This document shows, piece after piece, positions 13,062 through 27,250 of a stretch of DNA of 64,000 nt. The stretch's first letter is position 1. Every line of letters starts with the position of its first letter. Made by a program: the position numbers and the translations under genes. Source of the stretch: Octopus sinensis. Lineage: Eukaryota. The stretch covers positions 112,034,001-112,098,000 of the forward strand of contig NC_043003.1 of assembly GCF_006345805.1 (NCBI RefSeq). Direction: 5' to 3'. The notes below the pieces were generated by a model that made no database searches, had not been told where the DNA came from, and saw nothing but the letters and a program-made list of their open reading frames with translations.

Positions 13062-13732
13062 TGAATCAAAACGGGAGGCGGAATATAAATTATATATATA
13101 TATATATTTATTTATATATGTATGTACGTATGCATATATATATATATTTATATATGTATGTATGTATGCATATATATATATATATATATATCAACGAAGT
13201 TCTAGTTAAATAATTGGAACTTGTCTATGTATACAATGATACTAATTATAGAGTAGACATTGATTCAGTACAACATACCTTAAGACGAATATTTGAAGTG
13301 TATGTGTGTATATATATATATATATATAATATATATATATATATTATATATATATGTGTATGTATATATATATATTATATATATATATTTATATATATAT
13401 ATGTGTGTGGTGTGTGTGTGCGTATGCATATATATATATATATACATACATATGAACATGTATATATAGATATAAATATTCAAAGGCATGTATTAATACA
13501 TATATGAGCGTATATATTATATATATATTATGTATTATATATCAAGAGTGTATAAATATATAGAAAGAGAGAGAGGGGGAGAGAAAAAGAGAGGGGGGAG
13601 GGGGTGAGAGATAGCTGAAAATACATATTCATCTACTCATCACAGGGATATTTCTCAGAATACGAAACCCTACAAATATTTCTATTTAGAATATGCCTAT
13701 ATATATATGTATGTATATATGATTGATTGATT

Positions 13733-15626
13733 GAGTGGTTGAGCAGTTGTTTCAGCACCCAGTCATAGTGTGGTAGGAGCTGAGTTAAACAGCTTCTTCC
13801 TGGTCGGAAACCATGTTGGGTGTCGGGCAGCAGGTCATTTTCTTCAAGGAAGGTGATCCGTTTCCTTCTGACTATTCGTTCCATGACCTTGCTGATGTGT
13901 GAGGTCAGAGAGATAGGTCTGTAGTTCTTGGCCTCCGCTCTGCTACCCTCTTTATGAATAGGGCATATTTTACCTTCCTTCAGTTTTCTTGGAAGTTTGC
14001 CAGCTGCAAGGAAGCTCTGAAAGAGGAACTGCAGTGGTCTTGCTAGGACTCTCTTACATACTTTTAGGAGGATTGCCGGGAATCCATCGGGGCCAGTAGC
14101 TGAATCTGTTTTCATTTCATCTATAGCCTTTATTACATCGTCTTCCTTTATATCGATGTAATTTATCGTCGCCGCCTCTGATTTTATATCTGCAGTGGTA
14201 AAGAAGTCAGTTGGATTGGTGATTTGGAAATGCCCAAGGGGTGGAGTGAAAACACTCTTGAATTGCTCATTCAGTATTTCACTTACCCTTAAAGGTTTTC
14301 CTGTGAGTGTGCCATCCTTTTCAAGGAGTGGCCCTATCCTGCAGTGCACCGTAGCTGTTTCTTTGGCATACCTGTAGAAAGCTCTGGGGTTAGATTTTAT
14401 GTTGTCTATAGCCCAGGCTTCTTTGTCTGCTCTTTCCTTTTCATGGGAGAGTTGCAGACATTTTTCAATTTCCAACAGTTTTATGTTCAGGCGGGACTTT
14501 TCACTGCTTTCAATTTGTTTGTTTAGGCGATTTGAAATTTTTGTACGCCGTCTCATTAAAATTTTCCTCTCTCTGGGGATTTTGTTCTTGTGTACAGTGG
14601 CCTTTCTCTCTGGGACACATTTGTAGCATATGGCTTGCATTACAGACATGAATTGTTGAAGTTTCACGTCGATGTCTGGCGAGGGGAGACATTCAGGCCA
14701 GTTTTGTTTGAGGATCTCTTTCTCAATTTGTTTCCAGTTTGCCTTATGGAAGTTCAAGCTGGAAAGATTATGAGGGTTTCTTGTAGGCTGCATGTCCATG
14801 CTTTCCTTTGGCCCGTACATGGTCAGCTCTACCATGTTGTGATCCGAGAGTAGTGTCAGTGTCACTTTCAGATTATGGATGAGATCCATATTATTTGTGA
14901 AGCAGAGATCCAGTGTGTTACCTGCCCTGGTTGGTTGGAGTATTACTTGCTCCATGTACAGGGTGTTGATGAGGTTCAGGAGGGACCTCGCCTGTCCTCG
15001 TTCACATCTTGTCATTCCTGCGAGAGAGAGGCCCTCGGGCCATCTGACATTGGGTAGATTGAAGTCTCCCATAGGAGTACACTTATGTGTTGTTCTAATG
15101 TAATCAGAACTTCTTCTAATTTTATAAGGCAGTCTTCAAACTTGCCTACATGGCTTGGGGCATCTGGAGAGAGATATGTAGCACAAACAACTACATCAAG
15201 TTGCCTTATATGTACAATTAGTGTGTCACACACCGAGTTTGAGTATGACAAAAGGACCTGGGGTGTGAGGTCCTCACGGATGTACATAGCAACTCCTCCA
15301 TGACTCCTTTCTTTTCTGTCGGTCCGTAGTACAACATACTGTGGTATGTGTAATTCCGCAACTGCTATGCCCGGTTTCAGGTGCGTTTCCGTAAGTGCTA
15401 TGCATAAGGCTTGATTGCATGCAACAAAGTCTCTCAAGAACGGGATCTTTGTCTTGTTACTGAGTGTTTGCAGTCCTCTGATGTTCAGTAGGAGCATCGA
15501 GGTGAGGTGTATCTTGTTGCCGGCGGTGTCCACCTTGGGTCTGTTTGCTGTGGTGGTCTTGTATATTGAGGGTAGTCCCATATATAGTGTTATGAGTTTA
15601 GCTAGTGCAGTCTTGGTGACCCACAT
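13733..15626 (-). pseudogene. CR1 ORF2 (endonuclease-RT), frameshifted near 15070 and truncated before the RT catalytic DD motif
   Basis: Two overlapping ORFs in different frames. Homology stops at ...WVLKQLLNH, where a short (TCAA)n run begins. Confidence 0.88.
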
Positions 15627-16800
15627 TGGAATTATGGTTCCGGCATGTCTGGGCGAAAACTGACAGTGCTTTGTTTAATGGAAGACTAATGGGTTTTGGA
15701 AGGACCTTTCTGGCCTTGTGCGGTCGATTAGGGGTCATTCTAGACACCCCTTGAATATGTCGTGAGAGAGGATGAGGGGGCAGAGAGGGACAGGCAGAGA
15801 GTATGGTAGAGCTGTCATGAGAGGGTAATAGGCAGCAGGCGATAGAGATAGGCAGTAAGACCAGAGGGCAAATAGAAAGGCTATAAGCAGTAAGGGACAG
15901 ATTGAGGATAGAGATAGAGTAAGGGATCAGAGAGCAAATAGAAAGGCTATAAGTGGTAGAAACAGAGGGAGATGAGGTAGTGGGAAGGACAGAGACGAGT
16001 GAGGTCTTGGCAGTCGGTGAGCGGTCGTCGAAGAACACAGACGGATCTTGCAGTCGCTGGCCGGTCCTCGAGGAAGACAGTCGGATCCTGGAAGTCAGAG
16101 CGAGTAGATGGAATCTTAGAAGCGTTGGAATTTTAGGAGCAAGTTGGATGCGAGAAAGCTTGGCGGCACAGAAGGGATATGTACAGAGGATTTAGCAGTA
16201 TTGAGAGGAATGGGACACTGGCAGATTCAATCAGGATTTGAGGTATGTGTTTGTGCATTGATATGTGTCACGGTGTATTGAACAGTGAAAAGAACAGTCA
16301 AGGACTCTGTCGATGTAGTCGATAAAGAACATTGTGAATTGAAGAGTAAAGGACTTGTTGATGTGACGTTATCTGTGATGTGTACCTTTGAAATACTGTA
16401 TATGACTTGTTGTGTCTCCGGACTGATATATTGTTACATGATGTTGTTAAATGCATTGATCTGTGGTATACCCGTATGATGTATTGATTTGTTGTTTGCC
16501 TTAAATGTATTTGATGTGTGGCAAGTGATTGTCATATAGACTGTTGTTGAATATAAGCCAGTGTCTCTGTTGCCTCTGTGCCTCTTTTGGGGTGTCTCTC
16601 TGGGTTGTGCCTCTGTATCTCTGTGCTGCTGCGGTTGTGGCTGTTGTTGTATCTCTCCTCTATCCTCTTTGGGTTCCGTGGCGAACTAGTGCCGTTCGGG
16701 CGAGCGACGACGGGTGATTCCGTAACAATATATTTACGCTTAGCAGCAGCCGAAGCAATATTTATGTCCTTAATGTGGATTCTTTCTCAGAACACCGAGT
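13733..16800 (-). mobile_element. CR1-clade LINE: 5' region/ORF1 remnant, AP endonuclease and N-terminal RT; 3' part missing
   Basis: ORF 15012-15626 has LLLNIRGL, IALTETHL, DRKERSHGGVAMYI. After a frameshift, ORF 13633-15072 has GDFNLP, PTRAGNTLDLCF, SDHN, ATGPDGFPAILLK, NYRPISLTSHISKVMERIV, QHGFRPGRSCLTQL. Cys/His-rich ORF1 remnants lie at ~15600-15780. Confidence 0.93.
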
Positions 16801-17664
16801 AGTCCGTTATTTGCTTTTATATCACCTGTAATATTGATGCATGTTATATAAAAAGCACTTACATTTTAATCGTTGGGAGACAAGGGGTGTCTGCTAAGGG
16901 CGCTAAATCTACCGGATTTCGAGCTACCCGGTCACCTCAGCCAAATTTCGTGTAGTATATGAATTGCAGCGATCAATGTAAGTTCCTCTTACGGAATCGC
17001 CAATCAGTTCACATAATATTCAAATACAAAATAATGTAATGTTAAGTAAATGTGCCACTGAAAATCCAGAATATTCGAACAAGAAGAAATATCCTATAAA
17101 TAATATATTAAAGAATATAAACTGTGCAGGTCTGAGAGGTGAATAGATATTTATTAATCACGCGACTATCATAGATTCACAGTGTCCAAAATGTAGTATG
17201 AATTTAACCGTTCAACAGAATATACGTCTTGTCTGCATTTATTATTTATGCTCAGCACTATGCCATATGTCTTGTCTACTTCCGGCTTTTCATGTATTTT
17301 GAATTTTGTGACTATATTTAGAATCGAACCTCTGCTGTAAGTATGATTTTCCGGTGATCTGATGAAGCGGTTTACTCTATTTACGAGAAAGCAGTATTCT
17401 TTATTTATATGGAATATACAATTCTTATTTTAAGAATGCAACACGTGCACATAGTATGCTGAAATTAATCCTATACTACGAAAGTTCAGAAACGGCCCTA
17501 AACCCATGGAAATCACATCGTTAAATAACTACTTGCCTTTCAATATTCCTGACTTTATGTTATAATGTATGTGTGTGTGTGTGTGCATGTGTGTGTGTTT
17601 GTGTGTGTGATATACGACATTGAAAATGCATTCAGGAATTGAATCAGAATTCAAATATATACAT

Positions 17665-17930
17665 ACGACACTCCGTCGGTTACGTCGACGAGGGTTCAAG
17701 TTGATCCGATCAACAGAACGTGCAAGCGGCTGACCACTCCGCAGATGCGCGTACTCTTAACGTAGTTCTCAGGGAGATTCAATGTGGCACACAATGCAAC
17801 AAGGAAGGCTATTCAAATGAATTACAGGTAGGTGAGTGGACTTGCCCCCCCCCCCAAAAAAAAAACAGTGCTTTGCTCAAAGACACACCACTCCATCGGG
17901 AATCGAACTCACCACCTTCCGATTGTGAGC

Positions 17931-17935
<5 letters not shown>
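17665..17935 (-). mobile_element. tRNA-derived SINE
   Basis: Minus strand: TTAGCTCACAATCGGAAGGTGGTGAGTTCGATTCCC (B-box-like) followed by a SINE body; abuts (TA)n. Confidence 0.75.
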
Positions 17936-17976
<41 letters not shown>

Positions 17977-18689
17977 GGTGTCCTAAATGTATTTTCAGTT
18001 TTGGATCCTGCAATCGCTGGGTATTTTGAGTACTTCGCGATCTGATAACAAATCATACACCCTTTACCAAGTGACCCCTGCAACGTTGGTCATATCTATA
18101 CCTTGGTATAAGTAGCATTCTATTGATGATCCTAGTTGTCGCTTTATATCCAGAAACATGAAGATGCTTTTTTCTGCACCCTATACCTTGTCGTCCATAG
18201 TCCTTGTTCACATGCATATGTACGTGTGTGTGTATGTTTTTATCCAAATCCATTATCCTGAAGATTACGGCGAATGCGTATAAAGATCATCTGATAAATG
18301 CAGAAGACATTTCGGAAATTTCATCCAGACCGTGATACAGGTTGCTGGTTGTTTTTTTTTTGTTTTTTTATCTCTTTGCCCCCTCTGTGTAAGAATATGT
18401 GTACTAATTTCGAAAAACTTTGTAGAGAATATTTTCGAAAATTAAAAATTTATCAAATGAATAATATGATCCTTACTCATTCACACAAATATTCACACAT
18501 ACATACATGCATACATACATACGTGCGTACACACAGCATGGGTAGATGTAATTGTAGATGCATACAGAAATATATGTATATGTATATGTATATAAATATA
18601 TACGACATAGAGGCACACAGATGTATAGAAATTATTTTCTTTTTTCTACAGGCATACAGGCATAAGGTCTAAAATTGAAGAGGAGACGA

Positions 18690-18855
18690 CTAGTTGATTA
18701 AATCGACCCCAGTGTTTTCTGCTAGTTATTTTATTGACCTGAAAGGCCGAAAGATTCGAAGTCGTCCTCGATGGAATGAGAACTGAATACGTAAATCTGG
18801 ATTAAATGCCGCTAAAATTTCTAACAGTGTGCTAACGGTTCTGCCAGTTCACCGT
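18690..18855 (-). mobile_element. SINE, same family as 56461-56693, diverged
   Basis: Shares aatcgaccccagt and tgctaac..ttctgccag segments with 37862-38090 and the reverse complement of 56461. Confidence 0.75.
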
Positions 18856-18883
18856 GTTTATAGATAGATTCCTAGATATATAA

Positions 18884-18917
<34 letters not shown>

Positions 18918-19514
18918 AACTACACACACACAAACACAAACAATTACACACCCACGCACATATAATGTAGGTGTATTTTATAGCATTGTGAAATTAAACC
19001 CTATAAAGTGCATTTGCTCATCTACTTTCACCTTTTATTAAAATCTGTCATGATTTGCATGATTTGTAATGCTTTTCTTGAATAACAGAACCGACGTTCT
19101 AGCATATAATATATTATTTATGCTAATTTCTGATACAGAAGAGTGTATTTGACACATTCCAACGCTTTTAACTCTAATGGCTTTGTTATGGAAGAACAGT
19201 AATTGATGATCTTAAATTGCATGAAAGTGTATTAGTATTTGCCATGAATATACTTGTACCAATTTATAACTAATATTCTCTTGTTCCATACTCATGAAAC
19301 TCAATTAGTTTGGGAAAGATTATTGCATGAAATCATTCTGGATGAAATTTTAACCTAATATAACGACATGAAATATATGACTTACTTATTTGATATAAAG
19401 TGCTTATTTGAAAGAGGATATAGGAAATCTGTGGTCTGTGTTAATAACGTACGTTTTTCTTACAGCTAAATCTATGTTCGCAGACATCTGTGTTTCATTA
19501 TTATGAGAGGTTTA

Positions 19515-19655
19515 TGGTGGCAAGCTGGCAGAAACGTTAGCACGGACGAAATGCCTGGCGGTATTACGTCTGTCTTTATGTTCTGAGTTCACATTCCGCC
19601 GAGGTCTATTGGCCCCCGCTCCAAAACTTTCGGGCCTAGAATAGAAAAGATTATT
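19515..19655 (+). mobile_element. SINE, internally deleted, same family as 56461
   Basis: ggcaagctggcagaaacgttagcac...gttctgagttca...ccgccgaggtc matches the 56461 copy. Confidence 0.8.
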
Positions 19656-19899
19656 AAGAGGGGTTTTGATGTGATTGCTTGTGTTATAATAAATGTTAGT
19701 AATGCCGGTATTTCATAGCATATAGTAACATTTAGAGTTGATATGTGTTTAGTGTTGTCAAAGTAATACAAATAGTGATATAAATACTGGTTGTATCTAA
19801 ATCTTTTAAAGCCGTGGAACTAGATTTTGAAGAAGGCCATTTTCATTTTTTCTAATTCTATGTTTTTAAGTATACCATGATAACAAGATTCGAGACAAA

Positions 19900-20230
19900 T
19901 GAATTTCATTTTCCTCTCTGTCTTTTCTATAAAATCGGCCGAAATGGAACTGTTCTGAATAATCTCTGGAGTAGTTTTACTGAGACGGTGCGTAGTTCAG
20001 AGATCAGAGAGTCTCTCCAGGGTGAACTTTTCTGCATTGAGCTGTCATTGTCCCGGTACTATAGGCATATGGTCAGAATGTCGCAGAAAAGAACAGCAAG
20101 CTAACCGGTAGCAGTACTAGAGTTAAACCAAGAACGAGGCGGTCAAATATGTAGGATGGGTGAGAATTTCCCGGCATCGATGTCTCTCATTCAAGACAAC
20201 TTTATTGCAACAATGAAGGAGTAAGTCCCT
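19900..20230 (+). mobile_element. RTE-like LINE 3' fragment
   Basis: LSRYYRHMVRMSQKRTAS..RGGQ resembles the RTE C-terminal LRWxGHVxRMxxxR..RGRP pattern. Confidence 0.5.
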
Positions 20231-20316
20231 TTGCGATCTATCGACATAGAAATTTGTTTGTTTTGGTTAGTGCTGGATGTGGAATGAGACCTCAAAAAAG
20301 CGTTTCATCCACCCAC

Positions 20317-20397
<81 letters not shown>

Positions 20398-20399
20398 TG

Positions 20400-21300
20400 G
20401 GCCCGAATGAAGCACATGCTGTCAGATATAGTTGGCATAAAACTGGCGGTAGACTTGAAACGCCATAAGGCACATTAAATAGGTGACGCTGTGTGGAATT
20501 TGGATGCGTGACGGGGAATATATAGCAAGGCATGGAGCGAAATCAATGCGGTTTAGTTTCGATGAAAGAGTCTGACCAAGTGTATTCAGGATATCTGTCT
20601 CTCAGTCTATAATGTGTGTGAAGGGGAAGCAGGTTGATATGGTAAGGTGAAGAATGCAGAATATTCAAATTCTCTACTAATGTTACTGGTGTAGCACGAG
20701 CAAATCACCAGACGTTGTGACGGTTGAAATCACCAATAACGGTAACTTCCAAAAGATGTGCGGATAACTGCGTTGACGTTGGTAGTAGACATGACGGAAG
20801 AAATGCTGGTGATTTGGGGTGTTGGGGAAGCTTTAAAGAAGACAGATACATTTCGACGAGTGATGGAAAAGACTTTCAGTTTGGACGGCGTTATGAGCAA
20901 GTGACGAGGAGAGTGAAGTTTATGTAAGCAGATACACATTTCCGACTGAAGCTACAATGCAGAGTATAGCCTGGAAAATAGGAATTGATTTAAGGCGACA
21001 ATTAAGGGATGTTCAAAGACTAAGATCTAGGCAGGAACGTTAGAAGCAAACCCATAATATTGGAGAGAAAGAAAGGAGTATTGTCCAGAGGTTTTGCTTC
21101 GGGAATTTTAGCATTTTGAATATTACAAGCTGATGGTGCGTTGAAGGACCAAAGGATCAATCCGACAAAAGTGTGGAACGTATGCTTCGAAAAGATTGTT
21201 CTATTCTAAAAACAGCCATGGATAAGGTGACAGTGTCCAATCAGACGATAGGAGGGAAAAATGAGAAAAAAAAGGTACATATGTGTAACTACATTATATT
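20400..21300 (+). mobile_element. Highly degraded RTE-like endonuclease region
   Basis: AGDLG (cf. GDxNA) and ADTHF (cf. xNTxF) remnants in the expected order; many stops. Confidence 0.35.
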
Positions 21301-21693
21301 ACGTTGAAAAGGTTAAGTAGAGTATGGAAATCAAAAGACAGAATGAGAAAGGTGGGAAATAAGCGTGATATATGAGTTAATGTATTTTCCGCAGTATTAG
21401 ACCTATATTCCGCAAAATACTCTAGTGTAACGGTGAACTCGGAACCAGTGAAGTAAAAATTAAAATTGATTATTTGTTAGTCGCATAATAGACCTTTGAC
21501 TTCGTGTAAGTAGAAAATATCATTTGTTATGCTGTTACTTTTGTTGTCGAACTATGTTGAACATCTATGTAATATGAACCTGTGTGGGCCTGCATACAGG
21601 TACACACACATACATGTGTATATATATATATATAATATATATATGTATATATATAATATATATATGTATATATATATAGTGTATATATTTATG

Positions 21694-21737
<44 letters not shown>

Positions 21738-21920
21738 ACTATATACATATATGTGTGTGTGTATACTATAAACTGTACACATGCATACATATACAGATAC
21801 TCATGTATATGTAAACGGGTTTATATATGTAAATATGTGTTTAGTCGCGATCATATATATATATATATTAATTATGCATGTATTATGATATATATATACA
21901 CATAAATAAAAATATTATAT

Positions 21921-21933
21921 ATATATATATAGC

Positions 21934-21972
<39 letters not shown>

Positions 21973-21974
21973 GC

Positions 21975-22006
<32 letters not shown>

Positions 22007-22055
22007 GCTACATACATATATATATATATATATAGCTACATACATATATATATAT
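21921..22055. repeat. Compound minisatellite: AGCTACATAC x4 separated by variable (TA)n
   Basis: Four copies seen directly. Confidence 0.9.
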
Positions 22056-23288
22056 TATGCAGGTGTATGTATATGTGTATATAAGTACACATGTGTATGT
22101 GTATGTATGTGGACGAAAGTATGTGTGTGCCTCTGTGTGTATGTGTGTGTATGTACATTCGTATACATATACGTGCGTGCATGTCTAACAATATCTATAT
22201 GCTTATATATCCATCTTAAATGTACGTAGCAATTCATTTATGCATCTGAAATAAAGTATGTGCATATAATTTTAATTATAAATGCATCACTGCGTTCTAC
22301 TATGTATACTTAATGCATATGTTTAAGCTTTACTATTTGCAAATGTGTATACGTATGTTCGTGTCTGTGTATGTGCGTGGGTTTCCGTGCGTCTATATAT
22401 ACATATATATATGTAGACAGATATATATATATATATACATAGAGAGAGAGAGAGAGAGAGGCAGTTAGATAGATTGATAGATAGATGCATACATACACAA
22501 TACCATTGTTATTTCAATGTTAATTGTATCATAATGCATAATGTTATCACCTGGCTGGTTATCTAATTGATTTCATGTTATCAGCTTTGTATATTGCCTT
22601 CGCATACCTAAATGCATACATACCTGTGTGTACGTATGTGTTTGGGTGTGTGTGTGTGTGTGTATGCGTGTGTACGTGTGTGCCGAATGGTGAATGCATT
22701 TCATCATAATCATGGCAAAAGATTATTCATGGCGTAAATCGATGATTATAGGTACTGTATTAGAAAAGTCTGTGATATTTAATCCAAAATATCTGAAGGT
22801 AAATATAAATTTACTTGTCATATTTACATTGAGATATGATTGGTTGCCGAAGAAAACCTAGCAAAACCCGTCTCATACCAGTTCACTTTCAAAGGCACAT
22901 AAGGCCTTTAGTGCTATGTAGGAAAAGCTAGATTCTTTTATTATTGAATAATATTGACAAATAAATTAATGCGTTTAAAGAATGCTTCTCTTTTTCTGTC
23001 TCTGGTAAATTTGTTACGATTCCATTAAACCACTTTACTAGTCCATACTTGGAATATGAATAAATATAGATGAAAGTATCACGCACTCCGATTTTGTTTC
23101 TAGTATTGCAAAATGATCTGACAATATTACAGGACGGAGATATCATGCTTTATATCATCTAATATAGGGGACCGTTTCTTCTATAATCAACGAATTGGTC
23201 TTATATATTCTAATATTGTTATTCTTTAAGCTCAAAACTCCAAATATATTTGACTAGTGAAGTGGTAAGGCGCGGTCTTTGAACACAA

Positions 23289-23356
<68 letters not shown>

Positions 23357-23379
23357 GTATAGGTGCAATGGTCCAGTGG

Positions 23380-24545
23380 AAGGACTGAAGAGAAGTAGGA
23401 GTCGGGGTACAGGTTGGAAGATAGAGGGGGCTATATGAGAAGGGGGCGAGAGTTGAGACCAAATGGCGTAAAAGAGCGAAGAGAGAAGATTAATCCCTGT
23501 TCACGGTGCAAACGGGAATCCGGATGGCCTCTGTGCAAGGACAATCCGAACACAGACAGGTGTTGCAAGGAGTGACCGGTGGAGCGGAAATGGCGTGAGA
23601 CCGGTGTGCATTGGCAAGGCGGATGTCAGGGAGGTGCTCCGCGAACCGGTCAGCCAAGCGGCGTCCCGTTTGTCCGATGTACAGGGAATGGCAGAGAGAG
23701 CAGGAGATGGAATAGATGATATTGCTGGAGGTGCAGGTGAAGGAGTTGATGATGCGATAGGGTCGATGATGGGTGCCAGTGAGGAGCGTGGTGTTGGAGA
23801 GATAAGGGCAAGTGCGGCAACGTTGGCGGGAGCAGGGGAACGAGCCAGGTTGGGAGGTAGGGTCAGGGAAGGAGCTGTAGACCAAGAGGTCTCGTAGGTT
23901 ATGGGCTTGTTTGAAGGAGAGGAGGGGTCGGTTAGGAAAGGTGTGAAGTGGACGAGTCGGACTGGAGATGCCGGAAAGCTTGAAGAATGGTGCGTTGGAG
24001 AGGTAGGGTTGTGGGGTGTTAAGTGAGGGGAAAAGGGAAGTGGGAGACTACAGGGCGGGTTCGGGCGGAGAGAGCAGATGCACGGTCTACGGAACGTGCT
24101 CTGGACAAGGGCGGTGTGGATAGTGGTGAGGGGGTATCCACGTAGGATGAAGTGGCGAGCCATGAGTTGAGACTGAGTCTCAAAGCCATGGTCGTCACTA
24201 CAGAGCCTACGTAGACGGAGGAATTGGGAATAGGGGATGGAAAGCTTGGTGAGTTTGGGGTGGGAGGAAGAGAAGTTTAGGTATGAATGTGAGTCTGTGT
24301 TTTTGTAGTGAATGGAGGTGGTAAGAGTCCAGTGATGAATGCTGACCAAAATGTCGAGGAATGAGACAGGGGTGTTGGAGATAGTGGAGGTGAAGTGGAG
24401 GGCAGGGTGGAAGGATTGAACGAAAGAGAGGAAGGAATCTAGATGTTCACGGGAGAGTGAGGTGGCACCGATAATTTCGTCAATGTAACGACCGTATAGT
24501 TCGGGAGTGGGACCAGTGAAACTAGAAAATATTTGGGCCTCAACA
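23380..24545 (-). mobile_element. Penelope-like retroelement 3' fragment (RT C-terminus, thumb, GIY-YIG endonuclease)
   Basis: YGRYIDE, VSFLDILV, HYKNTDSHSYLNFSSSHP, IPYSQFLRLRRLCS; then CSRQRCRTCPY, FTCTSSNIIYSISCSLC, LYIGQTGRRLADRFAEHL. Frameshifted. Confidence 0.93.
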
Positions 24546-24547
24546 TA

Positions 24548-24592
<45 letters not shown>

Positions 24593-25249
24593 ATGGTGCG
24601 AATATCTTACAGCGATTTTCAGTAATGACTAGATTACAACTCGTTTCATTATTTACTGCGTGGTGAATCTTAGCTTGATAAGTAAATAGTTAGGAAGGTA
24701 CATACCGATGAGACAGTAGGTATTTGTGAGGTAACATATAGTTAGAAATAGTATGCTCGTTCGTGCAAGGGAGAATTATCTGTTCACATAGAGTTTTATG
24801 GGAATAAAGTGTATTCTACAACCGTAGCTCACATTAATGCATTTATTATTAAAAATTGTATTTCTAAGTTCTATAAAAAATATTCATTTATAAAGCTTAA
24901 GAAAATCTTGGCAATATCAATTTAAATTATAGTGGCAATTATATACTTTTTCACTGCCTGTTTTTTTTATCTATACATTCTCTATTTTAATCTACTGCAT
25001 TTAATACGCAATTGCAGATTTGTTTTAAAATGCAGCACTGTTAATGTATTTCTGCAAAAGAAAATATTTGAAGATTATCAGGAAATGTGTGGAATTCATA
25101 TTCGTATAATGCAATTGAATGTTAGGTTTTTTTTTTGAAACAGTAGATTTTGACAAGTCCCTAAACCATTATGGTATCTCTGAAATTAGCTTTACATATG
25201 TTTGAATGAAGATTCCTATACATACTTAATTCAGGTTATTTGAATATAC

Positions 25250-27250
25250 TGAAAATTGCATTGGTAGCATACCCATTCTTTGGCCATTCATAGTTGACGA
25301 ATATATGAAACCTGGTCGATAAATCCCGATGCTCCTCTGGTGTGTCAATTCATTGCTGTATTCGATCGACAAAAATGTTCTATGTACACATTCTTATTCG
25401 TCGGGTCACTGAGAGGATGTTGTACAGAAACAGCATATAAAAATGCTTCTGTAATTTATTATGTTCAACTTATATTGTTTATATCTCACTCATATAGAGG
25501 ATGGAAACACAGAATGCCCGGTACACAAATTGCTTGGTATGGAGATTGAAATGAAACGTTATTTCTCTTTTTTTACCTTGAGTAAGTTAGAGAGGCATGT
25601 ATGTAACAGGTTGTAAACTTTTCGTGCAATGCTTTCTCGTTAGAAATTATAAAGAGAATATGTCTTATTTTTCCATTTTTGCACCTTACTTGTGAGAACT
25701 CTTTTCATCAGAAATGACAGAATTTCAGATGATAGCCCATAGAGCACCTTAACTATGAACTACTAGAAAGCCGGCATTGGCATGCAGTAGACCAATGACT
25801 GTTCAGATATATTTGTGCTGTTCTATCTTCGGTTAGAGCAAGAAGTTTAAATTATCCTCGCTTTCACTTCCTTCTTTCTCTATAACAAGACGTTCAAACT
25901 TTCACATGTGTTTCATTTGTACAGGTGTTTTTGATATATCTAGAAATTCCATATACACCTTCAGATGGTAATACTTATATTTACTTCGAAGCTGCATTAT
26001 ACGAAGCACAGTGATTCGCGTATGACGGTTTTGAAATCAATGAGACCAATTGTTGAATCTTAGATTGTAACAGGACTTTCATTAAAATAAAAGTATCAAA
26101 AACGCATAGTCTAATGAAAGAAATGTGTCCTTTCGTTTTATACACGATAACAAATTTAGCTATCTTCCAGTATCAAAGTTCCTGCCAAGCAACTTTGAAG
26201 AGGTATTTTCGTCATGTGCAGACAGTACCTTGACCATTTATGTTTGAATTCTCCCCATTTCAGTATATTTCTAGGTCTTTAACGTTTTGCGAACAACACT
26301 ACTCGCAGTAATTGACGGTGATACCTCAACTTATTAGATGATGAGAATTTTAGAAACGTATTCACTGGATGAGGCATTCTTCCTTGTACACTGTTGTTTT
26401 AGATCCGCTATTGTATAGATATGGGATGTCTGTTGAATATTCGGTCGTTATAAAAGAAATGTTTCAGCCGTATATGATTTATATCTTAATAAAGTAACTC
26501 ACTTTAAAATATGCACCTAGATCTCGTGGGTATTTGCTCATACAGAAGAGGTCAGCACTAATTATGTTAGGGTTTGATTTGGGAGGTTGTCCAGAACTGC
26601 TTTGTGGATCTTTCTATGCAGGAGCCTTTCGATTATACACGGGTTCTCATCAAACCAATAAACTTCGTCTCAAATCTGATGGTAATCTGTATGATATAAT
26701 ATAGAACTTTAATTTAGAACATTTGTCAATCATTCATGCCAGCTGTGAAGGAGGCATGTGCCTCTGAAGTTTTCGCGTTAACGGTAACATAATAGCCATT
26801 TCTATTATAAATATCGAGATTGTTGCATTTGCCACAGTGAAGTCACCTTATTGCAGAAACTCTTGCACTTAGTAAAAAACGGAAATGCAATCTGAATCAC
26901 TACACCTTGGATTATTTTTATTCCTCTATCCTTTTTTACTTCTGATCGAGTGCCTAGTTAGACAGTGTCAAGGCAGTGAACACAATGGACATTTTTCGAC
27001 ACTTTTCAAGTCTTTTCAGTCCAGTTTCACATTACTGTATGAAATAACCTCCCTATAGTTTGATATAAAACAAAGCGCCAAAGTGACAGACGTAGAACGT
27101 TTTGTCGTCGGTTCAGGATGAATTTACAATAAGAAGTAATCACAATTCATGTACAGTGGACGAAACAAAATTATTGTTGGAAAATATTGCTTGAAGCATT
27201 AACATTTTACTCATTAAATCGTTCACCTCGAAGCAGCAGACAGGCATATA
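25250..27250 (-). mobile_element. Possible ancient Helentron-like relic (helicase C-terminal motifs followed by an AP-endonuclease-like motif)
   Basis: Weak remnants only: STVHE (cf. TIHKxQG), an FYV..L.R remnant needing frameshifts (cf. YVALSR), then ISADLFCMS (cf. ADIICLSET). Confidence 0.25.
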
